Shown here one piece after another: positions 1 through 9,332 of a DNA stretch of 22,683 bases (its first letter is position 1; every line of letters begins with the position of its first letter). The DNA is from Chthonomonadales bacterium. Lineage in GTDB: Bacteria; Armatimonadota; Chthonomonadetes; Chthonomonadales; CAJBBX01. The translations under genes were made by a program, and so were the position numbers. Location: NCBI GenBank assembly GCA_049967475.1, contig JBMFSQ010000037.1:1-22683 (forward strand). The letters are read 5' to 3'. The notes under the pieces are model-generated. The model did no database searches, was not told the DNA's origin, and saw nothing but the letters and a program-made list of their open reading frames with translations.

Positions 1-212
1 CGCAGCCGCACCCCGCAGCGGCCAAAAAGAGCCTGGAGCCCTTGAGAAGTGCGCGCTTCCTCTCCATCCACGAGTTCCAGCAAGTGCGTCTTGACGAGCG
101 GCCTCTTGAGTTTGCGCTCATCGAGTTCATCCATCCGCTCGATGGCATAGCCGTCAAAGAAGCGGATCATCTGCTGGCGGTTCTGAATTTGCCCGAGGTT
201 CGTTTCCACCAT
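1..212 (-). CDS. Hypothetical protein, 5' part only (runs off the left edge of the window)
   Basis: Manually translated from ATG at 212: MVETNLGQIQNRQQMIRFFDGYAIERMDELDERKLKRPLVKTHLLELVDGEEARTSQGLQALFGRCGVRL, open to position 1. It has protein-like composition, and the + strand ORF 42..440 reads like its antisense shadow. Absent from the ORF track because it has no stop in the window. Confidence 0.6.
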   Translation of the reverse strand, partial: MVETNLGQIQNRQQMIRFFDGYAIERMDELDERKLKRPLVKTHLLELVDGEEARTSQGLQALFGRCGVRL

Positions 213-350
213 GATCTGTGTCCCTGCTGCAGCCCTCTGCCGGGCCGCGGCTCTTGGGAAGCGCGGGCTTTTTCTCCCTGCGTGTACCCAGGCCGCCGCG
301 GCTTCCTCCCGTTCCGCTCGTTACTTGTTGCCGCTTCGGGCGTCATCACG

Positions 351-379
351 TCGGCACCTTCCCGTAATACGCATATAAT
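351..379 (+). promoter_or_regulatory. Putative sigma70-type promoter for htrA
   Basis: TCGGCA (351-356, 4/6 match to TTGACA), 17-bp spacer, perfect TATAAT (374-379), 57 bp upstream of the htrA start. Confidence 0.45.
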
Positions 380-436
380 ACCTATAGGTGGTGGCCGGGA
401 ATGGCCCGCGCCGCGGTGGATAAGGAGGCTCGTCGT

Positions 437-1546
437 ATGAACTACAGGGTTCGCTGGATTCTTGCTGCAGTATTGGCCGGATGGTTGCTCTTGCCAAACG
501 TGCATCTGTCTTGGCGCGAGCCTGATGGAGCTGCACAGATCGGCAGCGGCCTCGGCTTGAAGCTCGGCAAACCCCAACCGTTGTCTCCGGAGGAGATCTA
601 TGCCCGCGCGGCTCAAGCTGCATACAAGGCCGTCGTCAATATAGACACCACCCAGCGCGTGCGCGTGCGGGATTTCTTCGACGATGAATTGTTCGGTTTC
701 GGTCCGCGCTATCAGGAGAGCAGGAGCCAAGGGTCGGGCGTGATCATTACCAGCGACGGGTATATCCTTACCAACGAACACGTAGTGGGGCCTGCCCATG
801 AGGCCGGTAAGACCATCCAGGTGACGCTCACCGACGGACGCAAGTTCCCGGGCCGTGTGGTAGGCGCCGACCACACTACCGATGTAGCGCTGGTAAAGGT
901 GGATGCCTCGGGCCTTCCGGCTGCCCGCCTCGGCACCGTGAAGGGATTGATACCCGGCCAGCTCGTGGTGGCGATTGGAAATCCCTTCGGCCTCATGTTC
1001 ACCGTGACCCACGGCGTCGTGTCCGCCTTGGGGCGCCCGATCCAGGTAGATGACCGCATCTACAGCGACCTGATCCAGCACGATGCCCTAATCAACCCGG
1101 GCAACTCAGGGGGCGCCCTGGTAAACCTGGAGGGACAGGTCATCGGCATCAACACCCTCATAGATCCTCGGGCCCAGGGCATCGGCTTCGCCATCCCCAT
1201 AGACACGGCCCTTCGGGTGGCCGATGAGCTCAAACGATACGGCAAGATTAAGCGGCCGTGGCTGGGTCTCATCGTAGACACGAACAGCGCCTACTATGTA
1301 ACGCGCTATGGGGTGGCCGACGTTCAGGGAGCCATCGTCCGTGGGGTAGTGCGCGGCGGCCCTGCCGCGGCATCGGGCATCCTTCCTGGCGATGTGATCG
1401 TAAGCCTCAACGGCCAGCGCATCACCAGCGAAGACGCCTTCAAGGCCGCCGAGGAGAAGCTGCGCATCGGTCAACGTGTGTCCGTTGAGGTCGCCCGGCA
1501 AGACGAGCGCGCACAGGGTACAATAACCGTCGGAGAGATGCCGTGA
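437..1546 (+). CDS. htrA: HtrA/DegP-family trypsin-like serine protease with N-terminal membrane anchor and one PDZ domain
   Basis: GSGVII, TNEHVV (His), TDVAL (Asp), DALINPGNSGGAL (Ser), RPWLG and a C-terminal PDZ-like region. AAGGAGG (422-428) supports ATG 437 rather than 401. Confidence 0.95.
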   Translation: MNYRVRWILAAVLAGWLLLPNVHLSWREPDGAAQIGSGLGLKLGKPQPLSPEEIYARAAQAAYKAVVNIDTTQRVRVRDFFDDELFGFGPRYQESRSQGSGVIITSDGYILTNEHVVGPAHEAGKTIQVTLTDGRKFPGRVVGADHTTDVALVKVDASGLPAARLGTVKGLIPGQLVVAIGNPFGLMFTVTHGVVSALGRPIQVDDRIYSDLIQHDALINPGNSGGALVNLEGQVIGINTLIDPRAQGIGFAIPIDTALRVADELKRYGKIKRPWLGLIVDTNSAYYVTRYGVADVQGAIVRGVVRGGPAAASGILPGDVIVSLNGQRITSEDAFKAAEEKLRIGQRVSVEVARQDERAQGTITVGEMP

Positions 1547-1631
1547 TGCGGTCCCGTGCGTTTATGGGGACCCGCTATAAAGCCCGCCCGCCCAAGCGCG
1601 GCGACGGGGACCTCACACAGGAGAACAGAAC

Positions 1632-2588
1632 ATGATCGTGCCCACCCGAGTGCTCTTCGGACACGCCTACGGCAACTACGCCCTGGGCGCATACAACATC
1701 AACAATCTGGAACAGGCGATGGGGCTGTTCCGCGGTTGCATCGAATCGCAGGCGCCCTTCATCATCCAGATTAGCAAAGGGGCGCGAGGCTATACCGACA
1801 AACGCATGCTGGAAGCCATCATCCGCACCGCTGACGAGATCTGGCCGGAAGCCCTCTTCGCGGTACATCTGGACCATGGCGACGAGGCGACATGCTACGA
1901 TTGCATCGAGAGCGGGTTCTATTCGTCGGTAATGATAGACGGATCTCACCTGCCCTTTGAGGAGAATATCGCGGTCACCAAGCGCGTCGTAGAGCGTGCC
2001 CACGCCCGGGGCATCAGCGTGGAAGCCGAGCTGGGCCAACTCGGCGGCGTGGAAGAGCACGTACGCGTAGACGAGAAGGACGCCCACCTTACGGATCCTG
2101 ACGAAGCCAAGATCTTTGTAGAGCGCACGGGATGTGATTCCCTGGCCTGCGCCATCGGCACGAGCCACGGTGCGTACAAGTTCAGCGGCTCCCAGGGCAT
2201 CCATTTCGAACGCCTCAAGGCCATCCAGCAACGCCTCCCAGGCTTCCCACTGGTGATGCATGGGTCCTCCTCCGTGCCACAGGAAGAGGTGGACCGTATC
2301 AACGCCGCAGGGGGCCAGCTCAAGGGAGCGAAGGGTGTAGATCCCAAACAGTACCTGCCCGCCGCCAAGATGGGGGTATGCAAAATCAACATAGACACGG
2401 ACGGCCGCCTCGTATGGACCCGCGTGCATCGGGAGTTCTTCCGGGACCATCCCGATAAGTTCGATTTGCGCGATCCCGGCAAGATCTTTATGGCCGAGTA
2501 CGCAAAGTTCATAGCCTCGCGCAACGAGCTGCTCGGATCCGCAGGCCAGCTTGCAGCCGCCAAGGACTACGTATTGCAGCACGCGTGA
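1632..2588 (+). CDS. fba: Class II fructose-1,6-bisphosphate aldolase
   Basis: GAYNINNLE, HLDHG, SVMIDGSH, EAELG, IGTSHGAYKF, LVMHGSS and KINIDTD motifs. AGGAGA RBS upstream. Confidence 0.95.
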   Translation: MIVPTRVLFGHAYGNYALGAYNINNLEQAMGLFRGCIESQAPFIIQISKGARGYTDKRMLEAIIRTADEIWPEALFAVHLDHGDEATCYDCIESGFYSSVMIDGSHLPFEENIAVTKRVVERAHARGISVEAELGQLGGVEEHVRVDEKDAHLTDPDEAKIFVERTGCDSLACAIGTSHGAYKFSGSQGIHFERLKAIQQRLPGFPLVMHGSSSVPQEEVDRINAAGGQLKGAKGVDPKQYLPAAKMGVCKINIDTDGRLVWTRVHREFFRDHPDKFDLRDPGKIFMAEYAKFIASRNELLGSAGQLAAAKDYVLQHA

Positions 2589-2663
2589 GGCTGTGTCGGC
2601 GAGGCGGACGGCTTGAGGCTTCGGGGGCGTGGAGGCGCGCCCCCGATTTGCTCGTCCGCTGCG

Positions 2664-2693
2664 TTGACGGTTCAGGGGTGGTTTGGCTATAAT
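2664..2693 (+). promoter_or_regulatory. sigma70-type promoter for the GT2-methyltransferase-phosphoesterase operon
   Basis: TTGACG (2664-2669), 18-bp spacer, TATAAT (2688-2693), in the fba-GT2 intergenic space. Confidence 0.65.
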
Positions 2694-2738
2694 CAAGCCG
2701 CAGGAGCATCGCCCAACCGCCTTGCCAGGGAGCCTATA

Positions 2739-3512
2739 TTGACGCCCGATATCCCATCTGTACCGCTGCCTCACCTTTCCGTGGTTGTTCCGGCCTACAA
2801 CGAAGAGGCGCGCATCGGGGCTACCTTGCAGCGCATGCTTTCTTACCTGGACGCTCGCGGTTACTCCTTCGAGATCCTGGTGGTGGACGACGGCAGCACC
2901 GACGCCACGCGGGAGGTGGTGAAGGCAACAGCAGCCGGCCGCCCCGAAGTGAAGCTGGAACACTACGATGCCAATCGCGGGAAGGGGTATGCGGTTCGCT
3001 ACGGGATGCTTCGGGCGGCAGGGGATTTTGTCCTCTTCTCGGATGCGGACCTGGCAACCCCCATCGAGGAGGTAGAGAAGCTTTTCGCACGGGTACAGGC
3101 GGGCTGTGATATCGCCATCGGTTCCCGGGACGTACCCGGAAGCCGGCTCGAGCGGCGCCAATCCATTCTGCGGGAGCTGGGAGGTAAGCTGTTCAATCGC
3201 TGCGTCCAGCTTGTGGCAGTACCCGGCATCCACGACACTCAATGTGGCTTCAAACTTTTTACGCGGGCGGCTGCCCGCAACATTTTCGCCCTGTGCCGAA
3301 TAGACAACTTCTCCTTCGATGTGGAAGTGCTCTACTTGGCGCGGCAGATGGGCTATTGCGTGGCCGAAGTGCCGGTCCGGTGGGCCCACCAGGAGGGAAG
3401 TAAGGTACGCTTCGTTCGGGATGCGTTGCGGATGCTCAAGACGCTGGTGCGCATCCGTGCAACGGATTACGGCCTCGAGAAGGCCGGGTACAAACGCTCC
3501 TCGACCCCATGA
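2739..3512 (+). CDS. GT2 glycosyltransferase, dolichyl/polyprenyl-phosphate beta-glucosyltransferase-like
   Basis: LSVVVPAYNEE, VVDDGSTD, NRGKGYAVRYG, FSDADL, IGSR, DTQCGFKLF, FSFDVEVL. TTG 2739 follows AGGGAG and lies downstream of the promoter, so the track's 2613 start is probably too long. Confidence 0.9.
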   Translation: MTPDIPSVPLPHLSVVVPAYNEEARIGATLQRMLSYLDARGYSFEILVVDDGSTDATREVVKATAAGRPEVKLEHYDANRGKGYAVRYGMLRAAGDFVLFSDADLATPIEEVEKLFARVQAGCDIAIGSRDVPGSRLERRQSILRELGGKLFNRCVQLVAVPGIHDTQCGFKLFTRAAARNIFALCRIDNFSFDVEVLYLARQMGYCVAEVPVRWAHQEGSKVRFVRDALRMLKTLVRIRATDYGLEKAGYKRSSTP

Positions 3513-3546
3513 GCCGCACGCGAAGGCGCAGTGTGGTACCGGAAGC

Positions 3547-4272
3547 ATGAACAGCGAAGAGTACGAGCGGATGTACCGCCTCGAAGATACCTATTGGTGG
3601 TTCGTGGGGCGACACAACCTGGTGTTGACCTTGCTGCGCAACGCCTATCCTGCCCACGGCCGCCTTGCAATCCTCGATGTGGGCTGCGGCACAGGCGCCA
3701 TGTCCCAAAAGCTCGCCTCCTTCGGCACCGTAGTGTCCGCCGACTTTAGCCCCCTCGCCTTGGCCTTCAGCAGAAGGCGCGGCATCACCCGGCTCGTGGC
3801 CTCCGATGCCGTGCGCCTCCCCTTCCGCGATGCATGCTTCGATGTGGTAATCGCCATGGACCTCCTGGAGCACGTGGAGGACGACCAGGCTGCCCTCTGC
3901 GAGATACGCCGCGTGCTGAAGCCCGGAGGAAAGCTCATCTCGACGGTACCTGCCTACCAATCCCTTTGGAGCGGCCACGACGTAGCCCTCATGCACTTCC
4001 GCCGCTACGTGGCAGCAGGTTTGCGGCAGCGTGTAACGGCTGCGCACCTACGCATCGAACGCCTTTCCTACGCCATGACCCTCCTCTTTCCCATCGTATG
4101 GATCGTGAGGAAGCTCTGGCCCGGCCGGAACAACCCCAAAGCCTCTTTGATACCCGTGCCCGGCTTCATCAACCGGATGCTCGTGTCCCTGCTCGCCGGC
4201 GAGAACCGCATCATCAAATACGTGGACCTGCCGTGGGGCGTCACTGTGCTCTGCGTGGCTGTGCGGCCCTAG
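3547..4272 (+). CDS. Class I SAM-dependent methyltransferase (Methyltransf_11-like)
   Basis: EDTYWWFVGR N-terminus, ILDVGCGTG motif I, LPFRDACFDVV, DLLEHVEDD, RVLKPGG, TVPAYQSLWSGHD...HFRRY. Start taken at MNSEEY. Confidence 0.9.
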   Translation: MNSEEYERMYRLEDTYWWFVGRHNLVLTLLRNAYPAHGRLAILDVGCGTGAMSQKLASFGTVVSADFSPLALAFSRRRGITRLVASDAVRLPFRDACFDVVIAMDLLEHVEDDQAALCEIRRVLKPGGKLISTVPAYQSLWSGHDVALMHFRRYVAAGLRQRVTAAHLRIERLSYAMTLLFPIVWIVRKLWPGRNNPKASLIPVPGFINRMLVSLLAGENRIIKYVDLPWGVTVLCVAVRP

Positions 4273-4279
4273 ATTTACC

Positions 4280-5164
4280 ATGCCGATCCTACTCAGCATC
4301 CTCGTTGCCTGTATTCTGGTTCTGCTCGTGTGGCTGCGGCGCTACATGTTCTACGGGGAACCCAATCGCGTCGTCGTCACGCGCTGTGAGGTGCCCGTTC
4401 CAGGATCGAGCCCGGAACTGGATGGCGTTGTCCTGTGCCATCTGTCCGACTTGCATATCTCGCGCGAAGAGCGCAACAGGGCGGCCATCACAAAGGCAGT
4501 TCGGAGCGTAAAGGCACACGTGTATCTGTTTACGGGTGATCTCATTGGCGGCTCCGAGGGAGTAGAGTGCTTCCTTGGGTGGCTGGATGAAATGGGTGAC
4601 GCAGTACGCCCTGCAGTAATGGTGCTGGGCAACGCAGAACACAAGGAGGGAGTAGACACGGCGGGCTTCGTGGACGCCTTGCGACGGCGCGGCGTCACCG
4701 TGCTCATCAATCAAACGGAGAGGATAGCCGTACACCCGGGTGCGACCCTGCAGATCCTTGGTGTGGATGACCCCCACACAGGTCACGAAGACTTCCAGGC
4801 AGCAGCGTGCGCCTTGGAACCGGACCGCTTCACCTTGGTACTCTGCCATTCACCCGACGGCTTAGCCGACCCGGCCTTCCCTCCAGCGGACCTCGTGCTG
4901 TGCGGCCACACCCACGGAGGGCAGATCCGCCTGCCTCTTTTGCCTGTTCTTTGGGCCAATACGCGCAAGGTGCGGGGGATCGTGGCTGGAATGTACCAGG
5001 GCGCGCCGCTTCGTCGGAGGGTACCTTCCGGCTGCGGCCCTAGGATGGTCTATGTGTCACGGGGTCTCGGCACTGGGGGCTGCCGCGCGCGCCTCCTCTG
5101 CCCGCCGGAGTTGGCCGTGTTCACGCTGCGCCGCATCGAGGGAGGCACTCTTTCCACCCGGTAG
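4280..5164 (+). CDS. Membrane-anchored calcineurin-like metallophosphoesterase (YkuE/YaeI-like)
   Basis: N-terminal hydrophobic helix, HLSDLH, FTGDL, LGNAEH, LCHSPD, LCGHTHGGQIRLP, YVSRGLG, CPPE. Confidence 0.9.
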   Translation: MPILLSILVACILVLLVWLRRYMFYGEPNRVVVTRCEVPVPGSSPELDGVVLCHLSDLHISREERNRAAITKAVRSVKAHVYLFTGDLIGGSEGVECFLGWLDEMGDAVRPAVMVLGNAEHKEGVDTAGFVDALRRRGVTVLINQTERIAVHPGATLQILGVDDPHTGHEDFQAAACALEPDRFTLVLCHSPDGLADPAFPPADLVLCGHTHGGQIRLPLLPVLWANTRKVRGIVAGMYQGAPLRRRVPSGCGPRMVYVSRGLGTGGCRARLLCPPELAVFTLRRIEGGTLSTR

Positions 5165-6286
5165 CCCCGGTAACTGCCCGCGTCCGCCGGACTTTATCGC
5201 CTGGGCCGCCAGCAGCTTGCGCGCCGCCAAGGCCCAGTAGGGATCGCGGGCCTTGGCAACCGCTATCAGGTGGTCACGCGCCTCCTTTGTGCGGCCCAAG
5301 GCGAGGAGCGTGCGGCCGTATTTGTAGTGGGTCTCCAGCGTGTCTGCCGGATCCTCAGCGGCGAGGGCCATTTCGTAATAGGTGGCAGCCTGCTGGTATT
5401 CGCGCCGACGTTCGTGCATTTCTCCGACGGTGTCCAGGATATTGCCGTCGGACGGCCGCATTGCCAGGGCCATTTGGGCTTCCCTAAGGGCCTCCACAAG
5501 GCGGTCCTGGTCCGCCAAGGCATAAGCTAGAAGGTTATGCGCATCGGGCCAGGAAGGGTACTTTCCCAGGATCTCCCGCAAGTCACGTTCGGCGCCGCGC
5601 ACGTCGCCATAGCGGTATCGGGAACGGGCGCGGTTCATCAACTGGGAGGCGGCATAACGGTTCATGTCGGGGCGCTTGGCGTCCTGTTCCTGGAGGCCTG
5701 CAGACGGGCGGCGCAAGGAGATCGCCACAGTAGCAAGGATCGCTCCTGCTACGGATGCCCACAGCACACCCAGCATAATGCGCTCGAAAGCCCGAGATCG
5801 CGTGCAGCGTTCCTGCCCGGCTGTCTTCACGGGGAGGCGCAAGCGGAAGGCGAGATCATGGGCGGCCTCCATGCGCTCATCCTCGGGCCCGACACCCAGA
5901 AGCCTGAGGCGTCGCCCCGGCCCTGCCAAAAAAACTGCGGCAGCAGGAACCCATTCTCCAGACCAATGGGGCCGCGCACAGCGCAACACCAGAATGTGGT
6001 CGAAGTCGTCCAGGGTGCCGCTGCGCTTATTCAGGTAGAAGGGCCCGGTTTGGCGCCAGGTGCCGGCCGCAAGGTCAATTTCCAGCCGAGCCTGCATCAA
6101 CAGCAGGAAGGCCAGAGCTGCAGCTCCCGCCATAAACGCTGCGAGCGTTGCAGGGAGGTCCCCTGTGCGTAAGAGGATGACGCCGCCCGCAACACTTGCC
6201 GGCACCAGCAGCGCCGCACCCCACAGGAGTGATGCATGAGGCGCGGGCAGATCAATGATGGGGGATGGCGGACCTTCTCGACGCAT
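5057..6286 (-). CDS. Membrane protein with C-terminal tetratricopeptide repeats
   Basis: ATG 6286 follows GAGGTGG. Three hydrophobic segments precede TPR-like helices (AHNLLAYALA, NILDTVGEMH, THYKYGRTLLALGR). The track's extension to 6811 is antisense to the DUF1844 gene. Confidence 0.75.
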   Translation of the reverse strand: MRREGPPSPIIDLPAPHASLLWGAALLVPASVAGGVILLRTGDLPATLAAFMAGAAALAFLLLMQARLEIDLAAGTWRQTGPFYLNKRSGTLDDFDHILVLRCARPHWSGEWVPAAAVFLAGPGRRLRLLGVGPEDERMEAAHDLAFRLRLPVKTAGQERCTRSRAFERIMLGVLWASVAGAILATVAISLRRPSAGLQEQDAKRPDMNRYAASQLMNRARSRYRYGDVRGAERDLREILGKYPSWPDAHNLLAYALADQDRLVEALREAQMALAMRPSDGNILDTVGEMHERRREYQQAATYYEMALAAEDPADTLETHYKYGRTLLALGRTKEARDHLIAVAKARDPYWALAARKLLAAQAIKSGGRGQLPGLPGGKSASLDAAQREHGQLRRAEEARAAAPSAETP

Positions 6287-6368
6287 TGCGTCCACCTCGA
6301 TCCTTAAGAACTTTTTACTCTTTACTACGCTCGACGGCAGTTTCCCTGCAAAGAGGGCAAATCGGCGC

Positions 6369-6397
6369 TTGACAAGGCAAATGCAGGGAGTTATACT
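6369..6397 (+). promoter_or_regulatory. Near-consensus sigma70 promoter for the DUF1844 gene
   Basis: TTGACA (6369-6374), 17-bp spacer, TATACT (6392-6397), 49 bp upstream of ATG 6447. Confidence 0.75.
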
Positions 6398-6446
6398 GAC
6401 GCACCGCAGCACCACTGCATTCATCCCTGCTGATATAGACAAAGCC

Positions 6447-6836
6447 ATGACGACTGAGGAACCATCCGGTTTTGAAGTTGTAGACAAGCGCCATACCCGG
6501 CGCGAGGAAACCCCTGCTGAGGAGCCCGCTCCTGAGGTTTCCACAGAGTCCGCTGAAAGCCAGGAAGGCCAACAACTCCCGCCTCTTACAATACAGGACC
6601 GCCTGTTGATGTGCATTGACATCCTGCACCAAGGTGCCTGGATCTCGCTGGGCCTAATCGCCGACCCTAGTACCGGAAAGGTTGAGAAGGACCTGGACGC
6701 AGCCAGACGTGCGATTGACGCCGTGGCCTTCCTTGCAGACCAGGCAGAACCTTTGATGGACGATGGCGGCCGGCGTGAACTAAAGCGCATCGTGGCGGAT
6801 CTACGCCTCAATTACGTACGGCAGGCGCAGAAGTAG
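6447..6836 (+). CDS. DUF1844-like protein
   Basis: FEVVDKR N-terminus, acidic linker, then AWISLGLIADPSTGKVEKDLDAARRAIDAV...IVADLRLNYV, a pattern I recognise as DUF1844. Confidence 0.8.
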   Translation: MTTEEPSGFEVVDKRHTRREETPAEEPAPEVSTESAESQEGQQLPPLTIQDRLLMCIDILHQGAWISLGLIADPSTGKVEKDLDAARRAIDAVAFLADQAEPLMDDGGRRELKRIVADLRLNYVRQAQK

Positions 6837-6971
6837 GCTGCGGATTACTCTCGAGGGCGTGCTATGATCCGTTTGGGTTGGCCTGTTCCCGCGTTCTGGC
6901 GCCTCCGGGCAGGCGCGGGGAAGCTCTATCCGGTACCTGAGGATCGCGTACCATCCCGCGCAATCTGGGAG

Positions 6972-7364
6972 ATGTTCCTTCCGTCACGCCTCCGTGCGTC
7001 CCTGAACAAGCGAAATTACGCCATGATGAAGCAGTTCCAGGAACGGTACGAAGACCTTGTAGACCTGTTGTGCGTCTGCGCGAAGGAGGGGATCCAACCA
7101 CGCCATGCACAGCGATACATGGAATTGAGGTCCTGGTTCCACGCCCATTACGGTTCCCTGCGGACTACCCTCGAGCGATACCTTCCTCCGGACCGCCAAA
7201 GCGCGCAGCAATCGGCGCGTTCGGACGAGGACCCCTTTGCGGCGCTGTTTGGACCCGCCGCACTGGACGCACTTCTCCACTCCGAGGAAGTCATCCCGCG
7301 CATTCAGAGGACGCGGCTGGCTCTTGCGGCGTGCATGGAAGATCTGGAGGCCCGCGCGTCCTGA
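6972..7364 (+). CDS. Hypothetical helical protein (start uncertain: 6864, 6972 or about 7023)
   Basis: Fills the gap between DUF1844 and rdgB on the same strand, with protein-like sequence FQERYEDLVDLLC...YMELRSWF...DPFAALF. Confidence 0.6.
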   Translation: MFLPSRLRASLNKRNYAMMKQFQERYEDLVDLLCVCAKEGIQPRHAQRYMELRSWFHAHYGSLRTTLERYLPPDRQSAQQSARSDEDPFAALFGPAALDALLHSEEVIPRIQRTRLALAACMEDLEARAS

Positions 7365-7393
7365 ACGAAGGAACAACGCGTTAGAAGATTGCG

Positions 7394-7426
7394 GCGCTTC
7401 CCGCACCGCCGAGGAGCGCTCTTTTT
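7394..7426 (+). terminator. Possible intrinsic terminator between the hypothetical gene and rdgB
   Basis: GCGCTTC/GGAGCGC stem with one G-U pair and a long 12-nt loop, followed by TCTTTTT. Confidence 0.3.
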
Positions 7427-7438
7427 GTGAGGGCACAC

Positions 7439-8077
7439 GTGAAGTACCCGCGAAGATTACTCATTGCCACCCGCAATCGCCCCAAAGCTGTGGAGATGGC
7501 GACGATCCTGAAGGATGTAGGGGTTCAGATTGCAACGCTGGACGACGTCTTCCCGTCTGCTCCTGAAGTGGAAGAGAACGGCACCTCCTACGAAGAGAAT
7601 GCCCTGTTGAAAGCACGGTCTGCAGCCGACTTGACAGGTTTGGTGGCTATTGCCGACGATGCGGGGCTGGAAATTGACGCCCTCGGAGGGGAACCCGGCG
7701 TCCACAGCCGGCGGTTCCTGGGTGAGGACACGCCCTTCCCCCAGAAAATGGAGCGCATCCTTCAACTTCTGGAGGACACCCCCGATGAGGCCCGAACCTG
7801 CCGCTTCCGCTGCGCTGTAGCCATCGCCGTGCCGCACGACGGCCATGTGATCTGCACGGGAACGTGCGAAGGGCGCGTTGCCAGAGAGATGCGGGGCGCC
7901 TACGGTTTCGGGTACGATCCGATCTTCTACCTCCCAAGCCTGGGCCGGCACATGGCTGAACTTCCTCCTGAAGAAAAGCACCGCATCAGTCACCGCGGGA
8001 AGGCGCTGGCGTGCGCGAAGGAGCATCTCACGCGCATCTTCAACGATGCAGGAATGGACCCACGCGCAGGGCTTTAG
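7439..8077 (+). CDS. rdgB: RdgB/HAM1-family non-canonical purine NTP pyrophosphatase
   Basis: IATRNRPKAVE, EENGTSYEENALLKA, ADDAGLEIDALGGEPGVHSRR, GFGYDPIF, EKHRISHRGKA. GTG 7439 follows GAGGG. Confidence 0.95.
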   Translation: MKYPRRLLIATRNRPKAVEMATILKDVGVQIATLDDVFPSAPEVEENGTSYEENALLKARSAADLTGLVAIADDAGLEIDALGGEPGVHSRRFLGEDTPFPQKMERILQLLEDTPDEARTCRFRCAVAIAVPHDGHVICTGTCEGRVAREMRGAYGFGYDPIFYLPSLGRHMAELPPEEKHRISHRGKALACAKEHLTRIFNDAGMDPRAGL

Positions 8078-9252
8078 CCTTTTGCGGCCATCCGCTCCTT
8101 CCACTTGCCCACTTCGGTGTTGCCGTATTCACGGGCTACTTCCCGAAGAACAGCCAGATGCTCGATGGGGGTGCCGGGACACACATTGAAGCCGTCCTCC
8201 AGGATGACGCCGCCGTAGGGTCCCAGCACATCCAGAAGGTGAGCGCACGCCGCCCGGATCTCGCTCTTGGGGCCGTTCAGCAGCAACATAGGATCTATGT
8301 TGCCTGCCAAGACTACGCGGCCCGCCATCCGCTCCACGTACGCTTCGGGAGGGTTCGCGCTGCCGTATCCATCCATGGAGGTAACGTGCAGATCATCCAC
8401 CAGGGCGTCTATCACGTGGTAGTTTTTGCCGCAGAGGTGCATGCCTCTGGGCGTCCCGGGTGGAGCGAAGACGTCGTAGAGGCGTTTGGTGTAGGGAACG
8501 ATCATCTCCCGGTAGGTCTTGAGGCTGAGCATTCCCACCGGATCATCGGAAAGGCCGAACCCGGAACCAATCGCCACACCCCGGATGTTGCGGTAGTGTG
8601 TCTCGACCTGCACGAAGCTGTCTGTAAGCTTCTGCATCAATTCGTGAGCCACTTCCGGGGCTTCTGCCAACCAAAGCAGAAACTGATCCTGGGCCATATC
8701 CAGTGCCGTCATGAAGGGGGAATCGCCGTTGATGCCCAATCCCACCCCTATCTCCACCTCCTCACCGTTGAACACCACCTGGAATTCGTTCCGCAGCTCC
8801 ATCATCTGCAGGTACCACTCCAGGCGCTTTCCCCACAGGCCCGAGGTGTGATCCCGAGGCCGGTACTGATGCACGTCCTCGGGGCTGAAGAGGAATGGCC
8901 TGGCGCGGGGCGTTTCGTCATTCGAGAAGATGATCTCGCAACCTGCTCCGGACGCGTTCACGATGTTCTGCCAATCCGGCCACACCCATACGCCGGGTGT
9001 GGTGCATCGGTCATCCGGGATATTCTCCAGGATCCACTTCTGGTTGAGGAGCTGGTGGAGCATCTGGGTGCGCGCATCCGAAAAGTACTCGTCCCATCCA
9101 ACGCCCCGCACATCCAACACATAGCGCGCTTCGATGCCTAGGAGCACCGGCGGCCGGTCCACATATCGGAACTTACGGCATGCCTCCATGCGAGCCCGGT
9201 TGGCAAGCATCTCGTTTTGCGGATAGTTGATCTCGATGCGTGTCCTTGGCAT
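8074..9252 (-). CDS. URO-D/MtaA-CmuA superfamily protein (not HemE), paralog 1
   Basis: SPFMTA, APEVAHELM, GLSDD..MLS..YREMIVPY, MHLCG, LAGNIDP, PGTPIEHL. Lacks the HemE RQAGR motif. 4-bp convergent overlap with rdgB. Confidence 0.85.
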   Translation of the reverse strand: MPRTRIEINYPQNEMLANRARMEACRKFRYVDRPPVLLGIEARYVLDVRGVGWDEYFSDARTQMLHQLLNQKWILENIPDDRCTTPGVWVWPDWQNIVNASGAGCEIIFSNDETPRARPFLFSPEDVHQYRPRDHTSGLWGKRLEWYLQMMELRNEFQVVFNGEEVEIGVGLGINGDSPFMTALDMAQDQFLLWLAEAPEVAHELMQKLTDSFVQVETHYRNIRGVAIGSGFGLSDDPVGMLSLKTYREMIVPYTKRLYDVFAPPGTPRGMHLCGKNYHVIDALVDDLHVTSMDGYGSANPPEAYVERMAGRVVLAGNIDPMLLLNGPKSEIRAACAHLLDVLGPYGGVILEDGFNVCPGTPIEHLAVLREVAREYGNTEVGKWKERMAAKG

Positions 9253-9332
9253 AGTTCTGTGTCCTTTTGAAAGCCCGCAATGGGCTGCTTGGTGCTCGGC
9301 TATTTAGCGCCGCCTTCGCATCTAAAGGTCCC

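Noticed and set aside
1547..1631. GC-rich inverted repeat between htrA and fba as a terminator or ncRNA
   Set aside because: Imperfect stem, no U-tract and no recognisable RNA family.
1575..3548. 657-aa minus-strand ORF
   Set aside because: Antisense shadow of fba and the GT2 gene with no domain motifs; long shadow frames are expected in high-GC coding DNA.
6287..6811. N-terminal extension of the 584-aa ORF 5057..6811
   Set aside because: Overlaps the DUF1844 gene and its promoter on the other strand; ATG 6286 has a good RBS.
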